This document shows positions 11,724 to 24,939 of a stretch of 64,000 bases of DNA, piece by piece (position 1 is the stretch's first letter; each line of letters starts with the position of its first letter). The notes below the pieces were generated by a model. The model made no database searches. It worked only from the letters and a program-made list of their open reading frames with translations, and was not told where the DNA came from. A program made the position numbers and the translations under genes. This DNA is from Takakia lepidozioides (taxonomy: Eukaryota; Plantae; Bryophyta), in assembly GCA_030704615.1 (NCBI GenBank), contig CM060733.1, forward strand, positions 8,308,001 through 8,372,000. Direction: 5' to 3'.

Positions 11724-14700
11724 TTTTAGAAAAAAACAAAACACTAACCAAGGAAGGGGAGAAGATTATACAATTATACCACACCTGACAAAGTAACAGG
11801 ATTTGAGCCCAGAATCACCTCAGTGCACTATGTGAGTTAGGATATATCAATCACCTACATAATTAAAAAAAATTGTGCCAACTTTGTCTAAAACCAATCA
11901 TGGGTGTTTTTCTCCACATCAGGCCACTATGTAATATGCATTACTAAGGGGTGCCACCTATACAAAAGCTTGGTTCCCGGTTCTCGACCCTCGCCGTTTC
12001 AAATGTGTTAGGCCTTATAGCGTTGGAGGGTTTTAATTGTTTTCCCTCGAGTAAATTTCTTTTCCTAAATTCATTTTAACAAAAAACACTTTATGATGCA
12101 CATGGTGGGTTGCCTTGTATTGTTGGCCGCACATAGGCTTTGGCAATCTTGGAATCCTATGCCAGCATACCTAAAGTCCAAGCTAAACCTAAATGATTGA
12201 TGTCCAAGAAGCCACTTCCAAATGGCTACATTACAAGTTTGTGGCCCCCTTATGCCCTCCCAACCCAAACCAAAATATGAGAACTGACAATTAAGACCTT
12301 TCCAGGAAGCGGTCCCTTGGCCTTGGCACCCACACACTGTGGGGCCAATAACATATAAATCAAGATGTACAACACTTGGTCCACCACACACTCCATACAT
12401 GGATGGACCAATAAGACATTACATGAGTCACAAGCTGTTGGAACTTGCAACCCGCTTTCTATGGCACTTCCTACTCAAAATGTCGTAGCAATGATATTGT
12501 GAATGTGTCTCACATTATTACAACCACACGGAGAAAACATTTAGTTAATATTCCTGTCTCTTGCGTGTGTGGACGGTCTTTTGATAGAAGAAGAAAATGG
12601 AGCGCAAAACAAGACGCAATCAATACTATTCTGTCAACTTTGGAGGGAGTGAGCCACTATTTTACTATAAAGGTACTATCACTTTGCAAAAAAAACAAAA
12701 TGGCTATCTTATGAAGAGTGCAGTTTTCATGGTATGGCGGAATGAAATGGAAGGGACCATCAAAACAACACCTTAGAGGCCCACCACCCACATGTGTTTT
12801 GGTAGTGAGATCATTCACATGTTGTGCAACTGGTTGAGGTGAGCCCATTTTGTCAGAACTGTGGTGAGCCTTGTGTTACGAGCCTTTGGTCCCCTCGCAA
12901 GCGTGCACTCTTTGGACAGTATAAAGTCGTAATACGCCATGTGCACGAGAATTTGGCTGTAAGTTGGATGTAATGCTCACATCGGCAATCATTTTACAAC
13001 CCATTCGTGTCAATCAAATGCTAGTTTGGTGTGACGAACGCAGAAGAATAATTCACAAGAACAAATTGCGGTTGTGTGGTCAACAACATGGAGTATGCAC
13101 CAATCCACAGTGACCAAGGAATAGAATGGCCGTGATGGGTACAAGTTGGCTCTCTCTACCTACAAATATCAGAATGTTTTTGCAATTCAGATTACAAAGG
13201 CAACCCACCCATTAGTAAGGGAATCATGGTGGACCTGGTGTGTGTGACCGACCATTTTGGGGTCCACCTTCATCACCCTCACAACACAACACTAAAGCCC
13301 CTGAGGAGCCTCATGTGCACCTACCTCATGTCTGCAAGACACCCTGTTGTGTTGTAGGGAGTCTTGCTGGCCTGCTTCTTGGAGGGGGCCACCACGTTTG
13401 ATAGTTGAGGTCACCCACACACAGGGGGGGACAAGATGGTCCGAGTTTTGTTTTTCAACCAACCAACCAAGAAATGTCAACTGGGCCTTTTCCTCACCGC
13501 CTCAAAACGCTACGACTTGCAATCACAAGAATGTGACAACACCGATGTGTGGCGTGACAATTAAGCAACATAAATTCTCCCCCACCCCCCCTGAAGTGTA
13601 TTGTTAGCCAAACCCTCCAATGCAATCCCTCTCTCTTTTTGTCTCTCTTCATGAATTAGTGAAGGCATGGCAAACCCTAAAACCTAAAGTTGGTGAAGTA
13701 GCATGTTGCCCCCACAAGGACTCATTCTTCAATGGCATGGAGCCCCTGCACGCATATGGTTATAATAAAGGGAGATAGGTTGGACCTGAGCGCCCGGCAA
13801 AAGGGGCCATCTTATTAGGGAGTGCGGCTTGGCTTGTACACATTAAAATATGTGGGAGGTATGCAAGTTAGGCAATTGTGCAAGTGCCCCACCCCCACTT
13901 GTTTTGCGTCCAGTGGGGCCTTCACACTTTTGCTTACATCTTTGTAGCATGTAAGTTGCCTCTTATCACACTTGTCTAAAAGTTATCATAAGAAAATTCA
14001 TAAAATATGAAATCGCAAACTCCAGTCGTGAGACAAAAATGAAAAATTAATTTTCTCCCAGAGTTCCCTTTAAACAAAAATGGAAATTTTCTAAAGTTGC
14101 GGGGTCAAGAATCCCTCTACTTGAAAATAAGGTAGAATTTTGTCACAAGTATATCTACTACCTTCTGATGCGTTGCGGTTCAAGAACTCCAAGAATGATA
14201 ATAGCCATAAACATCAATAGGAATAGGTCATGGAGCCACATCATGGATCTCCCAATATCGTGTTTTCAACTAATTTTGTTTCTCTAAAACTCATCCAATA
14301 AATAAATAATATATGAAGATTTGCAGAAGGTGTTATTCACAACTTGATGGAAGCACTAAATATATTTCCGCTACTTCCAATGCACAATCTATTTATTTGT
14401 GACTCTTCAACTTGCATACCAAAGCAACAAAATAATGCACAGAAATAAAGATAAAGAGGGTAAAAGCATAACAGAACTGGGGTGGGTTATGTTATGTGCC
14501 TGTCCCCAGTCCCAACGGAATCCACCGACCTTTCCTTTCTGCAGTAGCCTTACTAAAGATAGCCATCTTTATCCTCATCTCTTTCCTGTGTGGTGGGGCT
14601 TCCCATTTTGGAGCCTATCTTTTCGGTAATCTTACTAATTAAAGTAAACACTACTAATTACTATATTTTATTCTGTTTACTGAGTATTTAAAGCAATTTG

Positions 14701-14949
14701 GTGATTGAGCTCAAAATCCTGAAATCCTTCTAACCATAGTTTACTTGGCTAGTTTTACTACTATACTAATATTTTCCTTTTGTTTACTAAGTATTTCTTT
14801 TGTTACTACTTATTGAAAGTATCCTTAAGTGGGATCTGTCGTACTGTCCCTTGGACAAAAAGAGATAAGTGTGTTTTTTCAAAGTTATTTTAAACAACCA
14901 GAAATTTGAATGGGAAAAACAATGTGAGCACTAGACTAGTTTATACAAT

Positions 14950-17550
14950 GACATGCTTCACCCTTTGGAAGTTATTTGCTGAAGTCAAACAGTGATGCTC
15001 ACGGACTTATTCCGATCTCCATCCCCACGAGGTTGAGACTTGCAGATGAAGCCAGCAGTTTAGCTTTTACTTGAAGATAGCAAGAGAGAGGGTTACTGCA
15101 AAGTGGGTGAGCTAATTTGGGCAGACATTCTCGTACCTGGTGTCAGGGAGCTTTCAGGGGGCATTTTGCTGCTGCAGGTAACTTGTCTGAGTTTCTCGCA
15201 AAGTCCAAGAGTCTAGTACACGAGGTATCATTTCATACATGGGGAGTCTGCAATCATATTTAGGTGTATCAGGGGTAAAAGGCGCAATCTATTTGAGCTG
15301 TCAACTAAGGTTCATTGGGCATATGTCGTCTGCAAGTGTCAAACTAGGCCTGACAAGTTATCAGAGTTGACTACTGGAATCTGACATTTCTGACACTCCT
15401 CCGTTTCTTCAGTAGAGCGACATGACTCTGACTAGTCCTCGAAGGCAAGCGTGAACTGAGAGTCCACTCCAACTGCAAGTGGGTCCCTTAGGCTTCTCAA
15501 ACAGGAGGTTTATTACAGTCTGGCGACTGTTTAGGATCACCAACTAGATTCTAGTAACGTCCTTGCAGCAGACCATGTGGAAGAGCTGCATTTAGAAAGT
15601 TCACCGTCCCGGCCATCCCTTTACGACCATTAGAATATGACTATTATAAACTGACTGGTTGATGATCATCCAGCCCATGTTAGAACTGCAAATCAGCTTC
15701 TACATTCAGACTGCAATGTGAAGTACGTGGGAAGGAAAAGTAACTTGGTTAGCAGATCCCGTGTTTCCCCGCTAGCTCTTGGAACACCTTTCCTTCTTGT
15801 CTTTTCTGATAGCTGGGATAGTTGATTGTTTCCCGAGGATACTTCCATATATTCAATCCTCACATTTTTGAGATCCTTGTTCATTGAATCAACACATGAA
15901 GGAGGTACATTTGAATGTACAATGTGATAGGTAAGATGATGGTTCCACAAGAATCTCCGAAAGGGAAAATGTCTTCTAGGCTTTGCTAAGTGCTGATTTT
16001 GGTGAAGCTTTAAAAGTTCGATGAAGCTGTTACCTGACCAAGAAGTTTCCACGAATACATCGTGCCTGAAAACCTTCATTTCTTAGATTAAAATCTAGAT
16101 CTTGGGTTCAGCGAGCAGTCAAGATGATGAGATCCAGGAATGGCAACTGATCAATTGCACAATCGGACCAGCACCCAGCCCAATAATTGGTGAGCGAGCG
16201 CTGGCGATTCAACGAAGGGAAAGGGAGCGATTTACGATTTACAGAGCTGCATACAACTCTACGCGTGGGCCCAAATGCAGGACAGGGTCATAAGCTAACT
16301 CATCTCGTGAAATCCATATTGACTATTCCTGGGCAGTTTGAAGTGTACTAAGCTGGTCAGCAACGGCTGATGCTGGGTGATCGGCCCAGCTCGGCCCAGC
16401 TGGCGAACTGATCCGGGCATAGTATGGCCAGCCCTCGATGTCCTCACAGCTGCGATCGATAACATGGCGTTCGAACTCATATGGAAGGTGTGAGCCTTTA
16501 GTGCTCCTCCAACAACGAGATTTTCGTCAGGAGAAGCTTCTTTCGGTTCTGCTTCATTGGAGCCGTCAAATGTTAAGCTAATGCATTACCCAACTAGCTA
16601 ATTGGTTTAATTAGCGTTTAAGGAGACAGTGGCTGGTGGGAAAAGGTCTGCATCGTCTGGACACAGCTCCTCTTGACAAGGAGATTTTGTCTTGATATTC
16701 AGTCGAGGTCGGGAGGAGCCACAGCTTAATCTAGCACATGCTCATAGTGTGGTCGTGTCAGTGAGTGAAGCTTAGTTAGTGAGGCTTGGAGCCAACTACT
16801 CCAAGCGGCCGTCCAAGTTGGTCTCGGTTGTGGGATTGCAATGGAGCCGAAGAAGAACAGTAACGATTCTGCAGACTCCCCAAGTTTCCTAATCTAATAT
16901 ACTTTATTATATTATTTTATAAATAATGTAAGACTGGTTTCAAGTCCAATATAAAACCAGAATTTGCCATCTCCGAGGCTCCTTCTGGCTCCCAAATGGA
17001 GTCCAATGGGCAAGTGTCGACTTTTCTACTGGAACTTCCAGCTCCAATCTCAAAACTGTGTCCGATATCTTACACTCTTGTCAATCCCAGCATGAAACGG
17101 GAATGTGAACTACTCAAACTCCGGAGATCAGTCCTACCAGTAGACACAAAGAGCAGTTCAGACGAGACATGTCTGAGGCACTCAGCCCATTTCAATATCC
17201 GTGAAGTCCTTTGACCTCAAAAAGGTTGAAATGACCCTCTCCCTTATGTACAACTGGGAAACTGACAAGTTTCTTTCATGTATGAAATGTCCTTTTCCTC
17301 CCCACTTCGGTCTGGTGGTGTATAGGACTTCCTCCTTTTGTCATCCTCGTGGCTCCCGAATCACTGTACAGGCTAGACCACCCGAAACCCAAAATTTGGC
17401 GATGGTGTCAAAAAAAAACTTGACACTTTCGTCCAAAAAAATTGAACACCATTGACTACTCCAGAGCTCGCAGCACTTTTTGTGCTACCAGAACAAAACC
17501 TGCAGAAAAATGTATGAGACACAGATTAGAACCTGAAAGGTTACAGGCTG
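14950..17550 (-). mobile_element. Decayed LINE ORF1-region relic, paralogous to about 31600-34000
   Basis: Collinear nucleotide similarity between 15010-16510 and 31790-33470 (e.g. GGTTGAGACTTGCAGATGA, GTGGGTGAGCTAATTTGG, CACTCCAACTGCAAGT). Degenerate zinc-knuckle-like FTH*HDHTMSMC near 16730-16770. Many stops; boundaries approximate. Confidence 0.5.
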
Positions 17551-18002
17551 GTCATGAAATTATGTTAAACTTGCTTGAACATTCAAACTGGGGATGCTTA
17601 TTTAAGCTGGTATCTTCATGCTCAGAAAGTGCTATGTACAAGTTGATTTGAAAGGTTCAATTCAGTCGAGACTTCATATCATCAGTTGGTCCTCAGTGTT
17701 TGCACATAGACTCCGGGTCTGCAACTCATGAAGGACTGGGATACCTACTTGCTACTCGCCAAAAGCCAGTGGTTCAGAGCAGAGACAGCAACTAGGTTAT
17801 CAGCAAACACGTCTTTGGTCAACATCTGGGACAGCATCCAAGGACTGAATATGAGGACACTAATCTCATAGCCTGTCCACTAGAAGTACTTGAGCACTAG
17901 GGATCCGTCAGTCGTGCATCATAGAGTACAATTGTGAATCTAATCCATCCGAGAGTACAATATCCATATGGGCAAAGAGTGTTGATTGGTGCTCACCATG
18001 TG

Positions 18003-18893
18003 TTAAAACTCAAATGGCGTTGCTCCGTGAAAAGCCGATCCAACACTTAATCTGCATAGGGGGGGCATGAACATGTCATAGAGTCCACTTGAATTGCCGA
18101 GAGGTGGCAGCATCGGGAACTCTGGCAAGGGCCCTGTTGACCCAAGCCCCGTAAGGATATCCATGTCACTGAAGCCCAGCCCATCTACACCTGTAAAGTT
18201 GGAAGGTGCTAAACTCTCCCTTCTTGCACTGCATGGGGAACTTAGAGAACAATCTCTGTTGCCCAGAGTAAAATCTCTGTTTCCCAAGCTATCACCAGGG
18301 TGTATGTCCCCAGAAAAGAATGGCGCAGGAATTTCATTGAGGGAATATGGAGCCTGGCGATGGGGATAAAAAATTCCCCCAGCCTGCATTGAGCTCTGAA
18401 AATCGTCGACGCTAGTGTTCGAATCCACACTGTTACTCTGGCTAAAGTTGGAGTCCATACTGTTGCAAAGGCTGAAGTTGGACTCCATACTGTTGCATCG
18501 GCCGAGATCTGATGAAGTTTCCGCCAGTCTTTGGATGATCTCCTGGGAACTTGGGCGACTGACGGCGTCAAGATTTGATTCTGGTGTAGAACTTACAGTC
18601 TTGGTTCTTGCTCTCCGTGTTGTGGAAGAAGGTCGGCGCGTTCTTCCAGTCAGCTTTTGCACGATGGAGCGAAAGTTAGCTACATCTGTCTTGATTACCT
18701 TGGGGGCAAAAATGTGGATAACCCTTATGGTTGGTGCTTGCATACCAACTTGGGGTTGAGACCAGTCTCGTCTGCCAGGAATCGTAGGCTTGGCCAGCGT
18801 TTGCGAGTCTTTGCTGGGGCCTAGCATGTCTCCGCTCTTGGTACTACTAAAGTGCTCGTTGAAGCCTGAATTCTCAACAAGGTATGGAGCCAT
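18003..18893 (-). CDS. VQ-motif-containing protein (WRKY cofactor family), 296 aa, single coding exon
   Basis: Uninterrupted ORF with IRVIHIFAPKVIKTDVANFRSIVQKLTG, the FxxxVQxLTG signature; the remainder is Ser/Pro-rich low complexity, typical of the family. Confidence 0.92.
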   Translation of the reverse strand: MAPYLVENSGFNEHFSSTKSGDMLGPSKDSQTLAKPTIPGRRDWSQPQVGMQAPTIRVIHIFAPKVIKTDVANFRSIVQKLTGRTRRPSSTTRRARTKTVSSTPESNLDAVSRPSSQEIIQRLAETSSDLGRCNSMESNFSLCNSMDSNFSQSNSVDSNTSVDDFQSSMQAGGIFYPHRQAPYSLNEIPAPFFSGDIHPGDSLGNRDFTLGNRDCSLSSPCSARRESLAPSNFTGVDGLGFSDMDILTGLGSTGPLPEFPMLPPLGNSSGLYDMFMPPLCRLSVGSAFHGATPFEF

Positions 18894-19408
18894 GGCTAGC
18901 TAGCTGCCTGCTCTCTCAACAAGTAAGGCACAAGGGATTTCAACAGCTTGCAAATTAAGTTTACATGATACAGCCTATCTATCACACCATGGAGGTGGTA
19001 GCCTAATCAACATATTTGGAAGAAAGAGGTAAACACACAGGATAAGACCCTCAATCTAGCAGTGGAGTCTAGCATATTGAGACTTACAGATCTATGTACA
19101 GTGGAGGGTTTTATGAACAGGGAGAGCACGAGACTGACGGATGTGATACAGTGGATAGCAGTTGCGAGCAGGTAGTAACAAACCTCTGAACAGACTTACA
19201 ATCCATCAGGCTAACAAACGGGTACGGGGATTTACAGGAAAGGGAAGAACTCCTGGACTAGCATATGACATAGATAGAAACTGAAAATTTAGGGCTCAAG
19301 CTTCACCAGATCTTTTTTGACGAAGTGTCTTTTTTTATTGGTTAACACCTGGAGCCATCCTACTCATAAAATTGAACCATGAACCAGATTCAGAGATCCT
19401 CTCTCGAT

Positions 19409-20171
19409 CACACACACACACACACACACACGACCACACTCTCTCTCTGAATCTTGGATCCTCAAAACACACAGCTCTGAAACACTAGTACTCTCCCAGA
19501 GACACTCACTTCTCTCTCTCCCCAGAGATGCACTCAACTCAACTCAACTCAACTCAACTCCGGACCGTGTCTATCCGTAGCGATTCTATACGTCGGCCTC
19601 TAGAGAAACTACAGCTTTTACAAGGGACGAAGATGCTGGCGACAATGAACTGTAAATGATTGTTGCAACAGAGAGCGATCACGGCATAGTCGATGAAGGC
19701 ACGCACAACACAGAGAATGCAGACCCACTGCAGTGCCAGGCCCGAATATGAAGAGGAGGTCGAGGGCTGACCGCAGGCAGTGGACCCACGGGGCAGCCTC
19801 CTATGCAAGCCTTGAAGCAGCTGGGTCCCATCCTCTCTCTCTCGTCTTCCGCACCCCCCTGCCCCACCACCCTCTTTCCTCCCCTCTCACTGTCTATCCC
19901 TCTCTCCCCATCTGCCCCCTTCTGTGGGCCCCTCCAATCACTCCCTCCCCTCCCTCTTACTAACAACCACCTCACTACTCTCCTCCCTTCTTCCTCCATC
20001 TCCCTCTCCCCCCCTCTCCTTTTCTCCCTCTCCCTCTCCTTCTCTGTGTGTAGTGTACCACTCCCACACTCTAGACTTCTGATTGCGGATCCCACGGGGC
20101 TGCCCACGGCCTTGCCACCGTCTGGGCCCCCGGACCCGCCCTCCGGACGCCCCCCCCCCCCTCCCCACCAT

Positions 20172-20208
<37 letters not shown>
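19409..20208. repeat. Microsatellite cluster upstream of the VQ ORF: (CA)n ~19409-19431, (CTCAA)n ~19532-19560, CT-rich tract and (CT)n ~20178-20208
   Basis: Directly visible. GA-rich on the VQ sense strand, consistent with a 5' UTR/promoter region. Confidence 0.8.
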
Positions 20209-20214
<6 letters not shown>

Positions 20215-23200
20215 CTGCCACACCGACAACTCCCCTCCCTTGTTATTATTACTTGGCCTGCTTACATCATTCGGAGGCTACCTAATTCTGCATCATGTAA
20301 AATGGATGGGCTTGGGATTTGTTTTTGGTTCTACTATTGGCGAATAACTGTTACTTTGCGAAAGATCATTCTTTTGGTAGCGAGCGGAAGTATTTTATGA
20401 TTGATGAATTGCGCGTGTGTTGAGTCTGCACCGCACATTGCGTCTAGCATATCTTAGACGGAAGCGAAAGAGAAAGTCACAAGTCGGACCGCAGGAAATA
20501 ATTTATAAGAAGTGAGAATGTACCTCGCGCCCCACGACAAAACGGGAATGATGACACCATCCCCATACTTGTATATGTCAAGATCTGTCTATGTCTAGTC
20601 CCTTTGAGCACCCACTTTTATGCTGTGACGAAACACGCCCACAAATCTCACTCAATTCCCGGAATTGGCCCACCACAACTTGGCTCCCAACAGATGACTG
20701 CATGGAGGGTACGGCGTGTGCGGTCCCAAGCACGCCGCTCCAGGCTACGAAGCGTCATGGTCACCGGAATATTGAAACTAATACCGCCATGTAGGTTGCT
20801 CTTGAGAGCATTTTTTTTATGCATCAAATGCGTTGAGCAAAACCCTATTTTCGATGACTTGGTAATGGGTGCAACACATCCAACCTATAGGATGTTATTT
20901 TCTCTAAATTGTAAACTATGAAATGTAAATTGACAATTCCTCTGGACCATTGGGAGCAACGGCGGGGAGGTTATTCAACATTAAAAAAACATAAATCAGT
21001 TGGGTGTCGGTTAAACAGATCAATTGATGACATTTAGTAGTGTTGTTAGTCATTACTGTTAACAATCTCCCTCACCAGAGCCCGATTATATTAACTAATA
21101 AAGTAAGCAGGTTTATTATTGTTTTATATTACATATTTATTTGATTAATGTTTTGCTCAAATAGGTAGGATAATGGTCGATCCTTTACGAGGCAGCCTCT
21201 GCATGGCATGCACAACAACCGATGATGTATAAGGTCCTTTGTGATTTCTATGACGACATAAAGTGCTCCGTTGCATGGATACAATTCTAATTTGCATTGT
21301 CACGCTCCGGGTAACCTGTAAAGAATAATTTGAAGGAAATTTTCTTGAAAAATTTGATCGATTCAAGTCTAGAAACAAAATATAAAAAATAAAATAAAAA
21401 GAAAAAGGAAAAAAAGTTTTAATTTTTTTTTAATAAAAATGCCATAGAAGAGAAATTGCCATGTGAAGCTTCCACCCTTTAAGCTAAAAAATCCTAAAAG
21501 AAAAGAAATTTGAGTGGCACTCCGCGTGTTGTGAAATATCAAAGACCCGGTTCCAATCTTGCTTCTCAAAAGCTCATCCCAATCCTATGCCGTTTCAGAT
21601 CCACAGTGATTCCATAGTGGGAAAGATAAAAGGGGTGGAAAAAGCCCTCCCTATTTGGTATCAATCCATCCATCCATCTCTGCCTGATCTCATCCGTGAG
21701 CTGGTTCGGACGTGGGCATTGGTTGCCACCGTACGCAAGGATCGAGTATCGCCACCTCAGCCGCTATTTGTGGCACGCTTGCCTGGCACCCTGCTGCTAT
21801 TTGTACTGCCTCGCTCCAACCCATATCCACAATCGATATGGGATATTGTCACCCATTATTTTTCACCAGGACAAACCAGAAGCCTACTCATTTCCCAGAA
21901 AAATACGACAACACATACTCGGACGAAAAATAGAGATGATAATTGCACTCAGGGCTTCTCACAGAGCTGTACAGTGTGCCGTAGCGTCATAATTCATCCA
22001 TTGGTCGCGTTCGATGAACGAATATCGCGATTGTGTGGACCCTAAGAACTGGATGGGCGGAATATAGATGAATAAAGTCTACTGGATGAATATTATCCCA
22101 AGGATGGATGGATTCTGTGCCACTGGTGGCTGGATGTCGTCCACATAGATGCATGCGCGATGCCATTCTGTCAACAGATGTCGTCGTTATCTTACCGTGC
22201 AACTTACCAGTTGCCAAGTTTTACCCTGTGAGGGGACAGGGCGAGGCCGGGCGTCAGGGCACTCGGGCGGGAACCGCGCGGCTCCCCGGGAACCCTGCAC
22301 CTCCCGCCTGTCGACCCTGCCCCCTTCGTACCACCCTGTCACGGGATGAATAATGGAGCGAGGAATACATGCATCTGGAGCATGCATATCATTCATCCAT
22401 GGACTGCCGGAAGAAGGCTGGCGGATTCGAGCACCGGGTCGCGGCGGCGAAGAAGGATAAGGAACTGACGGTACCGTGTACGACATCGCTCTTACTCTGC
22501 TTTAACCGCACACTCTGGTTGCGTTCTCGCCGCTCCTGTGTTCAACTCCACACTCGAGCTCAACTAGCCCCGCCGTCTGGAAATAAGCTGCAAGACGCCT
22601 CAACGTGAGTATGACAAAAAGAGAACGGAAAAGAAAATAGAAAAGCAGGAGAATGGTGGGTGACAGGTGCCAATGAAAAGTAAAAGAGGGCTTGACCGCA
22701 GGCGAGTTGGGGTTCCGTTACTTACCCGTAGGTGGTTAACCAGGATTGCACGACAGAGATATGGTGAAGCCGTACGGTTAAAATAGGGCGTATAAATGTG
22801 CGGCCGGTCAAGAGGGATATCGGCATTAATACGGGGACTGTCTGCGCAGTAGTATCGCCACGCACATTTGCATATGTAGGAGTATCGCCATTATCATCCC
22901 ACTGTCAGCCCCCGGGCGACCCCCTTCATGTGTTCCGGGTCCCGCCGCCGGGCTGCGCCCGTGCTCTCTCGCGAACCTTTTCTTCTCTCGCCTATTTTAT
23001 ATTACTATGCGGAGGGGTCGTTGCAAGTGCTAGTATTAGGGTTTAGTTTATGGTGCGGGTAGAATGCCACGAGGAGAAAGTTTGTTTGATGCTGACCAAT
23101 ACGGAGGCTCGTGGCTTTGCAACGGTTTGAATATAATTTGTGCGAAATCAGGGTGGACCAATGGGCAGTTTATCCGTGCATAATGGGCGACTCTCATTAT

Positions 23201-24750
23201 GTACTGCCAACATGCCTATCGTTCCATGTTTGTTTTTCATCATTATTCTCTCGGGGCAGTAACTTTGATGCCTGTGAAATCTTTGACTCGGACCCTACTA
23301 ATGATAGAAGCTACTAGAATATTATATGTGGGTTATTGAGTGAAGATATTCATTTTTTTAATTCTTTTACTGCCACGCCCATACACTGAGAGGGCAATAA
23401 AAGCTCTGCCGTGCGGTCTGCTCACTGCTCCAGTCAGACTAACACATTCAATAAAGAGGCAACGCTGATCAAACTTTTGCTCGCTATTCATCCTATACTA
23501 TTCATCAATTTCCACATAAAGCATCATAGCTTTTCACTGTAGGGATACGGATGTCATATCTTTTTTAATCTCTTCAATAAGGGCTTTCTCCCCTTCCCCT
23601 TTAAAAGAAGTAAACGAAACACTTGGAATTCCTTTCGTGTCCACTTGGAAGTTTGGCATAAAATATGAGACTGAGCGGTCCCTGGTTGCTGTCTAATTTG
23701 GCAGCCCTGGGGGCTCATCACCCCGACGCAGAATTTATTGTAGGCCGTGCGCGGGCGGGACCCGGTTCCACCCCGCTTTTCGTGGGGTTGCAGCATGTTG
23801 ACGACGCGCAGGCGGAGGGATTATTCCCAAGGCATGTCACGCTTGTTGGCCGCGTAGCCTTCTCGCCTTTTGCCAATCAGTGTCGCGCAGCTGCCGTTGA
23901 ATCCATCCATCCATCCGCCTCCTCTAAGTATCTTCCCAGTTGGGGCTCTCGCAGTGGTTGCGAGTGGATGAGCAAAGGAGTGCCACCCATTTCGTGTCGC
24001 GTATAAACTTGTGTGTAGAGAGAGAGAAAGAGAAGAGTGCGGGCGAACAGAGTTATTATTATTAGGGTATATAACACAAGAAGGGTGCTTGGAATGGCAT
24101 GCGCGAATATGAGGAATGCGGCAGGTTTATGAAGGGGCAGGGGGGGTGCCACAACGTGGGCTACCACCACCATTCTGACTCTGCACTCGCTGCCCTGCCC
24201 CACTTCCCCCCGTCCCCTTCTTCTGCACCCTAAAACGAATGGGAAACAAACCCTACCATTTTCTTTTGCTCACTTGAAGGCTGGACTAGATAGAGGGTCG
24301 GGTCCCACGTTCTGCTCAAGTTAGCCGACTCATTCCAGCGACCCCTCAAACCCCATCAGTAAGAAACAATCTGGTATTTCCTTGCATCATTCCCACCTAC
24401 TCACAGTTGAAAATCTGTAGATCTCAGGGATTTAGGCCGTAGCAAAATTGCCAGTACTCCAGGACTAAGTTGTGCAAGCCCCCTTCAATGGAGCTACAAG
24501 CAACACATCTATGAAAACTCTGAAAAGAGGGTGTTTTATACCGAACAATATGCTCCCAAAAAATAACTGAAAACAACCTTGTACATGTTAGGAATTTTAA
24601 AGAAGGAAAGCAAAAACATTTCCCCTAAAAATGCTGCTGGTCCTCTACTAACTTTGGTCATATCTCCTGTGGCTGTCTTTTGAGGTGGTAGGGCACCACG
24701 GTTAACTTTCCACACTGCCATCTGGATGTTAGGGTTAGTAAGGATTAAAC

Positions 24751-24939
24751 CAGTGTTGGTCTGGTATCTGGGTTCGGCAGGTATCAACCCGGGTGAAAAA
24801 CCACTCTATGCATACCAGATTCATACTTGAAAAAAATCAGGGGATGCATTATTGGAAAACCTACCTGCCTTCAAAAAATTCAGCACTGCATACCAGGACC
24901 CTTGTGGTATTTCCAATTCAAGATACCAGACCAACACTA
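24751..24939. mobile_element. hAT-family MITE, related to 4966-5326
   Basis: TIRs CAGTGTTGGTCTGGTATCT ... AGATACCAGACCAACACTA, exact 8-bp TSD GATTAAAC (24743-24750 and 24940-24947). Confidence 0.88.

Noticed and set aside
11950-14000. Possible decayed DNA-transposon coding region
   Set aside because: The composition looks TE-like, but I could not read any transposase motif or termini.
19679-20400. ORFs of 105-180 aa on both strands
   Set aside because: They arise from GA/CT microsatellites and low-complexity sequence (ERERER, LSLSLS).
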